Source: Camelus dromedarius
Lineage: Eukaryota
Assembly (NCBI RefSeq): GCF_036321535.1
Contig: NC_087437.1
Location: 119,848,001 to 119,912,000 of the forward strand
Length of the DNA stretch: 64,000 nt
Direction of reading: 5' to 3'
Positions 23,601 through 35,600 of the stretch are shown here, one piece after another. The position numbers and the translations under genes are program-made. The notes beneath the pieces were generated by a model. That model did no database searches, was not told where the DNA came from, and saw only the letters and a list, made by a program, of their open reading frames with translations. Every line of letters begins with the position of its first letter. Positions within the stretch are counted from its first letter, which is position 1.

Positions 23601-26600
23601 TTCTACTCATCCAGATCTAATGCGCTTTTCTTTTTCTAGTTGCTGAAGGCAGAAACTTGGGTCATTGATTTTAGATCTTTCATTTTTTCATATAATAATT
23701 TAATGCTTGAGTGGGGAGGGTACAGCTCAGTGGTAGAGCATGTGCCTAACATGCACAAGGTCTTGGGTTCAATCCCCAGTACCACCATTAAAAATAAATA
23801 TATATATGAATAAATAAAAACCTGATTATCCTCCCTCCAAAAAAATAAAAAATAAAAATAAATTTAAAGCTAGAGATTCTCCTCTAAGCATACGTTATCT
23901 GTATCTCAAATTTCGATGTGTTGTGTTTTCATTTTTATTAAGCTTAAAATATTTTCTCACTTACCTTGTGGCTCCTTTTCTGGTCCATTTGTTACTTAGC
24001 AGTCTATTATTTAGTTTTCAGATATTTGGGGATTTTCCAGTTATCTTTCTGTTGTTTATTTCTGTTCGTCCCATCGTGACTGTGTAACTTCAGTCTTCGT
24101 CGATTTATTAGGATGCATGGTACATACTGGTAGCTGCTCTGTGCGCTCCTGAAAAGCATGTGCGCTGTTGTAACTGGGGGTGCGATTCCACACATGGCGA
24201 TTAGGTCGAGCAAGCTGATAGTGCAGGGCACGCTCTCTGTATCTTTACCTATTTTTTGTCTCTTGTTCTATCTCTGCCTGAAAGATGAACATTGAGGTCT
24301 CCAGCTGTGTCGTGGCTGTGTTCTTTCATTTCTCAGTTCCCTCTGTTTTTGCTTCATGTATTTGCAATTTCTCTTCCTGGCCACATACTTGTTCGTGTCT
24401 TCTTGGTGGATCAACCCCTTTATTCTTAGGAAAATGTGCCCTTTACCCTTGGTGCTATTCTGCTTTTAAAGTCTTCTTTACCGCCTATTAATACAGCCAC
24501 TCCAGCCTTATTAATGTTTAGCGCTCCTAGGTTTTATCCGTTTCCAGGCTTTTCCTCTTAATGTCTTTATATTTGAAGTGGATTTCTTACAGGCAGCATG
24601 TGTTAGTTCTGGAAATTGCAGTTTTTTCATTAAGTTTTTAACCCGTTTACATTCAATGTCATTACTGATATGGTTGGGTTTAAATCTACTACCTCGCTGC
24701 TCACTTTCTGTTTGTCTCATTATTCTTTTTGGTATTTTCCTCTCTCTCTACAGCTTTCGGATGCCGAGCCCGTTTTGATCCCATTGTTCTCCACGCTTGA
24801 TTTATGAGCTATACTTCTTTTTATTTCTCTGTGGCTGCTCTTGGTTCCAGTGCGTATCATTGACTCATCACAGTCCACCTTTGAATTCCATCGCACCGCG
24901 TCACGGTAACGCAAGACCCTAGGAACAGTGTGCTTCTGTTTCTCCAGCCTCATTCTTTGTGCTTTAGTTGGGACGTTTTACTCCTGTGTATGTTTTAAGC
25001 CCCATAATGCACTGTTGTCATTTTTGTTTTCAGCAATTGCATTTTTTTCTTCATGTCTTTGTATAGATCCTTGTTTGCATTTTTCGTTATGTTGTGAATC
25101 ATCTAGATTTTGTTTTCTTGCATCAAAGAGTGTGGACTCCGTCCTGGCAGACAGTTAAGTGACGTACGGATCAGTTTGATGCCTTCGAGACCTTTTTTTT
25201 TTAGCTCTGCTAGGATGGTTTTTTTAGCTCTGCTCCAGGGGGAGTTCTAGCCTGCAGCTGAGGCGCCATCCCTGTGGAGTCTCCACCGAATTCCTGCTGA
25301 CCACCAAGAATTCCTCACTCCGGCTCTTTGGAGCTCAGACATTTGGAGATGAGGTTGGGGAACATTGCGGGGTCAGGTCATGTGGGACCTTGAAGGTCCT
25401 TGAGGAGTCACTGCTGTGATTCCTGTGTGGGGACAGGTGATGGAGGTGGTAAGAGTGGTCAGATTCTGGCATGTTCCGAAGGACGAACCAAGCTTATTTC
25501 CTGACTGGGTGGATGTGGGAAAAGCCTCCGGGGTCCAGCCTGAGCCACAGGAAGAGTGGAACAGCAGCCTTGTGAGGGTGTGGGCTGAGGGTGAGGAGGA
25601 CCTGGTTTGCCTGTTGGACATCAGTGTCGGGTCGATGTGCCTAGAGGAGCCGGTAGCGCCCCCTGAGCTGGGGCTGTAGCAAGGAGCTGGCAGTGTGGGT
25701 GGTGTTGGATGCGCTCACCCCGGGGGGACCCAGGACTGAGCCCTGAGGCTCCCACTCAGGGACAGGATTCCCTGGGAAGGACGCTGGCAACTTGCCACCA
25801 TTCAGAACAGAGGGGCCAGAATCATGAAGCCCTTTGAGAACCAAAGGAAAACATGCAAGCTGAGCAGGAGGCTGCGCCAGGGATAAGCTTCAGGGGAGGA
25901 AGACCCGGGGGCGTGGCAGCGTGTTCGTTTGTTCGCAAGATTGTCTCGGGGAAGAAGAAAGAGGCTTTTAATGTAACTTGGGGGCCCAACTACAACCAGT
26001 GGGAGACGGGTTGGGACTCCTTAAGGGAACAGAACTTAACAAAAGTAGAGCTGCTGTCTGGGCCCGGGGCAAAGGGTGGGGACCACCTGTGGGTGGCTGA
26101 GCGGGGACCTCTACAGTCCCTCCAAAGCTGGGATCCTAGGAGCCACGAAGAGGTTGGATAACAGACTGCGCTTCAGAGCACAGGGGGCCGTGCGAGTATC
26201 TCAGCTTCGCCATGTTGTGAGCAAAGGCGCAAGGACGGGAGGAAAGGGGAGAAGTGCTCAGCTCGCGGCTCGGCGCCGTGGAGGGGGGCGGTGCGGGTTC
26301 TGAAGCCGCGGCAAAGGCAGCCCTGGGGGCGGGACTGCTCGAGAATCTCGGGAGGCCTGGCCCCGCGGGCCTCGCGCACATCGGGTGCTGGGACGCAGCT
26401 GTCGGATGGCACCTACTGCTGCTGCAAGGACAGGAGAGCCGCGTCCCTTGCTGCTGGCTGGGGCAGCTTGGCGCTTCCAGGGCAGTAGGCAGCTGAGTGC
26501 ACGGCCCCCCAGGCTCCCGGCTGTCCTGTTCCCCTGAACCAGCCCGCGGGCCCCATGCCTCCCCTGTGCAGACAAGGGAATGGGTTTCCTCCAAAGGCAC

Positions 26601-29600
26601 TGCATTTCCCAACAACGTCAGACCTCCCCCTCCCCCAGAAAGGGAAGGTCAGGCCTCGCTCTGTGCACAGGGCTGGTCAGGCTAACGCTGCCTTCCCTCG
26701 GCTCTGGGTGTGTGGTGGCCCCTTTTCTCCAAATGCATCGGGACAGAGTTGGTGTCAGAGAGACCCCCACAGCCTGAACTTTCTTGAGACGGGCAAGGAA
26801 GCAGATCTCCATCTCTGCCCTTTGGAAACCGCCCTGAGGAACTTTTTACCTCATCTCTCTCTTTCTTCATCTCCATCCATCACTGCCCCGCCTTGCCTCC
26901 CAGAGCCTCCCAGCCTCTGCCCCAGCTCAGGCACTGGTCCAGGCAACGCAGCCCTGAGTGAGGGCCTGTAAGGAGCCCCACTTCCCCTCCACCGACCGGC
27001 CACGTTCACAATGGCAGGAAAAAGAACATGAGCAGAGGCCGCGGGAGCCTTGTGCCCAGACTTCCACGCAGCTGCGGGGGCCCAGGGCCCGGCCTCTCCC
27101 AGGGGCCCCGCCCTCCTCACTGATCCCCTGAGTCTCACGTTTCAGTAAATGCTCCTGGCCGGTTCTGGTGGGGTGTGCGATGCAGAAATGCCCCCAGGGC
27201 TTGCTGTTCTGCTATTTAAATATTAGGAAACTGTAAAGGGAAGAGGATTGTGAAAACCATGACTTTTCGTGGGAGAGGAGGGTGGGCCTGTCCGCGCCCG
27301 GCCCGGACCCTGGGGGCTGCAGACCTTCTTAGGGGCGAGAAACAGCCCCCACAGGGTCGGCAGGGGAGCAGCCGCGGCCTCCCGAACGCAGGGCGCACAC
27401 GGCCCCCGTCAACAGGAAAGACGTGTGTCTCCCAAATGCCATTTCAGAAAAGTATTCTTTGCCTCATCCTGGGAGACAATCATGTGGAGAGACTGCTCCC
27501 CCTTTATGAATGAAACAGAGTCCGCAGCAATGACAAAACCTCTGTGCCTTTTCTTTATGACGACAGTGCTGTTTCTTTTGAAAACCGTCGCATCATCCAT
27601 CATTTTTATTTGATTGGAGCAGCTCAAACTCAATCAGGGAGCTTTTCTTAATTATTGGATTCGTGAGTTCAGCCGCCAGCCAGGATGCTGTCCTGCCGGC
27701 GTGCCCCCGCCAGCTGGGAGCCTGCGCAGGAGGTAACCGTTAGAGTCGTGATGGTTAATGAACCGGACCCCGTGAGCAGAGCCCAGAGGGGGAGGAGGGG
27801 CCCCTGGAGAGTAGGCCGGTCTCTCTGGTCCGAGCCCCCCAGGCACGGCAGGCGGGGGCCCAGTCTGTGTGCTCCTCGTACTGTGTCAACGCTGCCACAT
27901 CTCCTTTAGACCAAAGGCCACCAGCGCTCCTTGCCGGAGCCAGGACTGAAAGGGGAGCACACCCCATGTTCTCGGGCAGGAGGGCCTGCGGCAGCCGCGG
28001 GTCCCAAGCAGCCTGACGCTCTCCCACAGTCCTCCGGTGACAGCAGTGCTCAGCCCCGAGCCACTTGGCCTGATGATGGAGAGTGTCCTCCACCTTAGGA
28101 CAGAGGCACCTGCCGTGGGGAGGTCCACCCTGCTTGGGCCCCTCCATCTCCGCCTCCCCAGGACCATAATGCACCTTTCATCACCCAGCACGCTGCCCGG
28201 CTGCACTTCTGCTGGCCTCTGGGCCAGCCGGCCTGTCGGGAGGCACACAGCTGCATCCCACGTTGCCCGGCTCCACTGAGCGTGGCTGTCCTGTCCTGTC
28301 TTCTGGTCAGGGGTCGTGGCGACTCAAAGCCTACCTGCTTCCAGCAGCTTCCTTGTCCTTGTTCTCAAGGTGGATGATGAGAGGTGGGCATGAAGATGCG
28401 TGGGGTGCCCACGGCCCGGGTGCTTCTGCTTCTGTCAGTCAGAGTGACAGATGCCCGGCCTGGAGGGGCGGGGGGCCAGCTGTGCATTGAAGGGTGCCCA
28501 GAACTCCAGCAGGGGACAAGCAGCCCTGTCCCCGGGGCACACCTGCTCTTGTTCTCCGGGGTGGGGGGCTCCCGCTGCCCGCTACAGACGCCCTCCCTAT
28601 TTTAGAGGGGTCCTTATGCCTCAGGGTCCTGGGAGGCCAGGCCAGAAGGGCCCATCTGTATCTTGCTACAAGTGCTGCCTCTGCTGGGGTCTCAGAAACT
28701 GAACCCACACTTGCGCCCCAAAGCGTAAGAAAAGACAGGTCCTGATTAGTGCCTGCGGCTTGCTCTGGCTGAGTCGCAGTTAAAATCTCCGCGGGACAGA
28801 GCAAGACAGCTGGAAGGCGCTTCAGTGGCGGAACCCCAGAGCTGCCCCCAGGACACACGCCTCCAGGAGGGGAGCACGGGGACCAAAGGCCAGCCACGGC
28901 CCAGGTGCAGGTGTGCTGCGGGTGCAGAGCACACAGCGACATTTGAAGACCCGGTGGAGAAAGGGAGAGTAAGGAGCTCAGGAACAGTGTTGCTGTTGCG
29001 CGGTCTCTTACTGAGACGTAGTTAGCGTCAGAGCCAGAATTTTAAAGTGCCCACGTGCACTGGTTTGTAGTGTATTCACTTTCTTGGGCAGCCGTCACCT
29101 CTGCCTAATGCCGGAGGGTTTCTGTCCCCCGGAAAGGAGCCCGGTCGCGCTCAGCAGTGACTCCCATCCCCTCCCCCCTCCCCCGGCAACCGCTCACGTC
29201 TGTGTGTGCGCGTCGTGGGCATGTCGTGTAGTGGCATTTGTGGCTTTTTGCGCCTGGCTTCTTTCACTTAGCCTGGTGTTTTCAGGGTCCCCCTGAGTTG
29301 CAGCAAAGGTTAGCACGCGTCCCATTCTGTGGAATGGCCACATTGGGTTTGCCCACATCAGCCCCCGGGCATTTGGCTGGTTTCTGCTTTTTGGCTCGTG
29401 TGACTGATGCTGCGGTGAACATTTGTGGGCAAACTTTCATGTGAATGATACACATCGACGTGAGCTGTCCTGAGACAAGTTGGGTTAGATAAACTATTTA
29501 AATTTTTAAAAAGGGTGCAGAGCACAGCCCCTTGGAGGAGGGACTGAGATGAGAGCATGTGTGTGGCCCAAGCCCCCCGCCGTGGGCTCCTCCAGGTGGG

Positions 29601-32600
29601 ACCGACCGCAAGCACTGAGGGCTGACGCCCCGAGACCCGTCCTCTGGGCCGGACGAGGAGCGCCGGACAGTCTGGGCTTCCACACCCAGCGGGGCCGGGG
29701 GAGTGGCTCTCCCCTCGTCTTTGCGGGTGCGATGGCCACAGGAAAGCTGGTGACCACCGTAAACAGCAATTTCCCTTCAAAACAGGATTTAGGAAATGTA
29801 CCCGTGTGGTTCTTAGGAGGATAAATGAAGTAATTTGCGCTTAGCACAGTGCCTGCCACTTGGGGAGCGCTCGCTAAATGATAGCTATCATTTCAAACGG
29901 CCTCGAGGGCACGTTTGAGTCAGGCTGAAGCTCGCTCTCTCTGGAACTGGTGAACTTACCAGGACAGGCGTGCTCCCTAAGGTCTGAGACGACCCGTGGA
30001 GTGCTGGCTTCATTTCCACTTGCAAGTCAAGTGAGTGCTTGAGATTTGAGCACAAACATGTTGCTTCTGAGCAATGATAAGGCTTCTTAATGATATTGTC
30101 TATTTTTAGAGCAGTTTCATTGCCAACATCTTTGTGATCGTAGCCTTAGTCATCTTTGCTTTCATTATTTTAAAAACAAAACGGGTGCGGTGTATAAAAT
30201 GAAAAGCTCCCATTCTCCTGGGAAGTCTCTGAGGGGCTTACTCCACTTCTGTTTTCTTCAGCTTTGTGGTCACCCTCCCCCTGGGGTGGTCTGGGCGACC
30301 ACAGCAGCCATTAGCGCGTCGCTGCCAGGGATGTGGGCAGCAAACCGCAGCCCCGAATACCAAACCTGCACGCGATGACTACAGGACACCGTGCAGTCGG
30401 TGCATGGATTCCCCGGGTTCCACATCCGCAGATGTGGGGGGCCGACAAAGGGATCTGAGCATCTGCAGATTTTGGTACCCTCGGTGGGGGCGGTCTTAGA
30501 ACCAAACCCCTGTGCATGTCGAGGACTGACTGCATAGTGAAGACGGTGACATCTGAACGTGACTCCAAGGAGGCAAACGTTCAAACTCTCCTCTCTGCCT
30601 CCTAGGCATTTGTGAAAAGCAGGCACCCCACATGTACATCCGGTCCCCTCTAAAAGTGTTCCGTTTGATGAACTGAGATAAAAGTGCTCATGCAGGTGGC
30701 CACCCCCTAGTCAAGACAAAGAACATTTCCCTCACCCCAGAGCAGTTCCTTGTGCGTCGGTTCAAGTCAGTTCCCGTCAGAAACCACTGTCCTGCCTCCC
30801 TTGACCACGATTGCTTTTTCCTGTTCTTAAATTTCATGAGAACAGCGTGTGCTCTCTCATGCCTGCGTTCTCTCACCCAGGATCACGTCTTTAAGATTCA
30901 TGCGTGTCGTTTATTCTGTATCACTGGGTGGTGTTCCGTTTCGTGAGCGCTGCACAACTGGTCCGTTAATTCTCCTGTGAGTGGACACTGGGGGCAATTT
31001 CCAGGTTGGGGTTAAGCTACCGTAAATCCTGTGCGGGTCACACTGAAGACATATCTGTCAGTTATGTTGGGCAATGCGTGGGGGTGATGTTGCTGCTTCT
31101 CATGATACTGGATGTGTATAAGAAACCGCAGAACTGTTAGAGGTGGGAACGCACCATTTTACGTTCCCGCCAGCAATTTTGAGTGACCCAGATGTCATTC
31201 ATTCTCAGCTTTTTAAATTTTAGACATTCTAATAGGCATAAAAATTATATTTCATTATGTTTTAAGTTTGTGCTTCTCAGATAACGTAACTGCTGCGCGT
31301 GTCTTCCTGAGCGTATTGGATCCGTGAGTATCTTACTTGGTGAAGTGCCTGTTCCCAGTATTTTTCTCATTTTTCAGACTGTTGTGTTCGTTTTTAACAC
31401 TGGTTTGTGGGAAACCGTATATTCTGGATGTAATTCGTTTGTCAGATGTAAGTACAGCAAATATCTTTTCCCAGTTTGTGACGCACCTTTTTCATTTTCT
31501 TGAAGAGGTCATTTGATGAGCGAAGCTTTTAACTTCATGAAGTTAAGTGAACAAGATTTTTTTTGTTTTTTTATGTTTCGTGCTTTTTTGTGTCTTCTTT
31601 AAGAACCCTTTCTCTACCCCAAGGTCATAAAGATACATTTTTAGGAAACTGAGGGTTAGAGCTGTTGTATTTTAATCTGTGATCCATTCCAAATTAACTT
31701 TGTGTGTGTTGTGAGGTAGGGGTCGGCAGTGTTTTCTTTTCCCCCCAGTGCAGGTACCCAGTTGTTGCAGCCTCCCTTGTTAGGAAGAACTTTTCTTTCT
31801 CATTGAACCACTTTGGTACCTTTGTTGAAAATTAATTTTCTTTGTGTGTCTCAGTCCCTTTCTGGGTTCCCTCCTTTGGTTCACTGACCTGTTTGTCCTC
31901 GCACCAAGACCACGCTGGCTTAATTCCTAGGGCTTGGAATCGGGGAGTCTTACACATTTGTACTTTTTTCCTGTTTTGGGTCCTTTTATTATTTATTATT
32001 ATATGAGTCCTTTTCTTCTCCCTACAGATTTTAGAATAAAGAGTCAACTTGTCCATTTCTTTCAAAAAGGCTTCTATGACTTGGACTGGGGTTGCAGTCA
32101 GTGTACAGATTCATTTGGAAACAGTAAGCTCTTCGCGATGCTGAGACTTCCAGCCACGAGCACGATACCCCACTCCACTCACAGCGCTGAGCTCTCAGGA
32201 TAGGGACCCTGCGTGTCTTTTGTTAAGTCTGTTCCTCAGCATTTGCTGTTTTCTGGTGCTGTTGTCAGTGGGCTCTTTTAATTGTCCATTTGTTTGCCGT
32301 TCGTTTATAAAAATACAACAGGTATTTGTGTATGGACATAGCAGCTTGTGATATGGCTTACTAATTCATTCATTAGTTCTGGGAGTTACAGAATCTCAGG
32401 ATTTTCTGTAAAGACAGTCACATCGTCTGATAACAGGCAAATTTGCTTCTTTGGGGGGGGGATAATTAGAATTGTTTGTTTGTTTGATGGAGGGACTGGG
32501 GGTTGAGCTCAGGACCTCATGCCTGCTGAGCACACGCTCTACCACTGAGCTCTCCCTCCCCTGCCCACCAGTTTTACCTCTTACATTCCAGTGGGTTTTA

Positions 32601-35600
32601 TTTCTTTTCCTTGTCTTGCTTCCCTGGTTGAACCTGCAATACAATTAAATAAAATTAAGAGCAGGCATCCTTACCACCTCCCACCTTTAGGGGAACTAAC
32701 TACATGTACCTTTTCACTGATGATCGTGCCATGAGCTGCAGATTTTTTGTCGATGCCCTTTATCAGGCTGGGGCTGCCTTCTTCTCTTAGTTTGCTAAGA
32801 AATTTTTGTCAAAAGTGTTCTTTGAAAAAGTTTTCTGTAAAGTTTTATGAGATGTTCTTTGTGCATCTATTGAGACAGATTGAAGAAGTTTCCTTTTATT
32901 CCTAGTTTTCTACCCTTTTTTTTTTATCATAAATAGGTGTTAGATTTTTGTCACATGTTTTTTCTGCATCTACTGGGATAATCATGTGATTTTTCTCCTT
33001 TTTTGTTAAGATAGTGAATTATGCTGCCTGATTTTCAAATGTAAAATAACTTTGCCTTCCTGGGATATACTTGGGAATAAATTTAACAGGACCTCTACCC
33101 TGATGTGAGATGTGTTCCCTTCTTATATGTTGCTAGGTTTATTTCCTAATAATATGTTAAGGATTTTTGTGTCCATGCGCCTATGGAATGTTGGCTTGTA
33201 ACTTTTTTCTTGGAATGTTATTGTCATGTTTTGCTAGTGGGGTTATGCTGGCCTCATAAAACATATTGGAAGGTTTCCTTTCTTCTCTGTTTTCTGGAAG
33301 ACTCTATGTAGCTCTGGCATTATTTCTTCCTGCATCTGTTTACGTGTAATGTGTTTATTGATATGCTTGAGGGTAGGTCTGCCACGTTGCCCTTTGGTTT
33401 TTCTTGGGTTTGGTCTCCAGCTCCTCCTCTTCTGCCTTCTCTTGGGTTAACTGGATCCGTTTTTGTGTTCTATTTTGTTCCTTCTGTTGGCTCTTTATTT
33501 GCACTTTGCAGCATTACTCTTAGTTGGCTGTTCAAGGTATTTCACTGTGCATCCGCAACCTTTTTAAAGTTATAGACTTTATTTTTTAGAGCAGTTTTAG
33601 GTTTACAGCAAAACTGAGTGAAAAGCACAGAGAGTTCCCACATGTTCCCTCCCCACACACGCAGCTTCTCCCACCATCCACATCCTCCATTTGAGATTTA
33701 CGTTTGTTACAGTCAGCAAACCAACACGGACGCATCGTTATCAAGCAGAGTCCATAGTTTACATCAGGGTTCACTCTCTGTGTTACACAGTCTGTGGGTT
33801 TTGACAGATGCATGATGATTTGTGTCCACCACCACAAGGTTGTCCGGAGGAGAAGATTCTCTGCCCTAAAAATCTTCTGAGCTCCACCTGTCCATCCATC
33901 CCTCTCGCCCAACCCCCACAACCACGGATCTTTTTTACTATCTCCACAGTTTTGCCTTTTCCAGAAAGTCCAAAGTTGGAATCACATAGTGGGTAGCCTT
34001 TTCAGACTGGTCTCCTTCACTGAGTTAGATGCACTGAAGTTTCCTCTGTGCCTTTTTGTGGCTTCACAGCTCTTTTCCTTTGCTGGTTAGTGCTTCACTG
34101 AACGAACGTGCCGTAGCTTAGCCCTCACCTGTCGCAGGGCGTCTTGGGTGTTTCAGCGTTTGGGCGATTGTGAGCAAAGCTGCTGCGAGCGTTTGTGTGA
34201 AGGTTTTGTGTGGACATAACTTTTCAACTTCTTTGGGTAAATACCCGGGAGTGCAATTGCTGGACTGTACACTTAATTTTTTTAAAAACCATGGAACTAT
34301 CTTCCAAACTGGCTGCAGCATTTTGTGTTCCCACCAGCACTGAGCGAGAGCCCCTGGTGCTCCCCGTCCTCACCAGCGTTTGGTGGCGTCGGGGTTTGGG
34401 GTTTTTGCCGTTCCGACAGGTGGGTGGTGGTATCTCGTTGCTGTCTTAATTCCTGTTTCCCTAGGAATAGTAAGCATCTTTTCGGATGTTTATTTGCTGT
34501 ATCTTCTTTTCTTGAAGTGTCTTTCTGGATCACTGGCCCATTTTTAAATCATCCTTAACTTTTTAGTCTATTTACAGTTAATATCGTGCCACTTCGCATA
34601 AGAAGCAAGGACTTTGCGGCAGTAGAGTCCCTCCCCCACAACCTCTGAGCCCTTGCTGCCGTGCACGCTACATCTGGGCTATACGCGGGGTGTTGGGTCC
34701 CCCCCAGAGTTCGAATGTTGACATCCTAACCAGCAATGTGGTGGCACTTCGGGTGGTGAGTCAGGAATGGGATTAATGCCCTTATAAAAGAGGCCGCAGA
34801 GCACCGCTCAGCCCCCTGCTCTGCGAAGACGGCCATCTCTGGCCGGGAAGCGGCCCTCGCCCGACGCCCGTCTGCTGGCGCCGCGACCTCGGGCCTGCAG
34901 GCCGCAGCCGCCGCGGCGAGGCCCCGGCCGGCGCCCGCTGGAGCAGGCGGAGGCGGCGAAGGCACTGCCTGGTGCCGCATCGTCGTCGCCACTTCGAACC
35001 GCCAGCTGTGTTTTGAAGAAATTATGAAAAGAAACTTACAGATCAGGTTTTGTAGTTCCCCACCTGTTCGCTGTTTCTGGCGCTTTTTTATTTTTTCCTG
35101 AAGATGCCAACTCCTGAGCGGCGTGTTGTCCCTCCAGCCGGAAGAACTTCTTTTCCCTTCTGCCGTTTCTTAAAGCGCCGAACTGCTGCTGACTAACTCC
35201 GTCAGCTTCCTGCTTCTCTGAACTTGTCTTTACCTTGCCTTCATTCTGAAGTACGGTTTTTAGGGTACAGGATGCTGCCTTCAGAGGTTGATATTTTTTC
35301 CCCACTGTTTCTGATGAGAAGTCGGCTTTTGCTTTGTCACTGTTCCCCGGCACGGAACGTGTCTCTCTCTCCCCGCCTCGGACGCTTTCGAGGTGTTTCC
35401 CTTCGTTCCTGGGCTGCAGCGCTTCGGCCCCGCCGCGGGCTTCCTTCTGTCGCCCTGCGTGCGGCTCCTCGTTGAGCTTCCGTGCTGCGTACATTTGTTC
35501 TCACCAGACCTGTGAAGTTTCCTGCTGCTGCTGCATTTAATGTGTTTCGTGCGCCATTCTGCCTCCTTTCTCCCTGAGAACAAGTACGTGTATGTTAGAA

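Larger units (their letters stand above)
19524..25330 (-). mobile_element. Fragmented old L1M block (3' UTR plus ORF2 remnants) with nested insertions
   Basis: Antisense L1 motifs throughout, e.g. ccatttgttccagcaccatttgttgaaaa and ttgaattttgtcaaatgcttttctgc; minus-strand peptides such as [17 protein letters not shown] are frameshifted ORF2 remnants; boundaries approximate. Confidence 0.85.
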
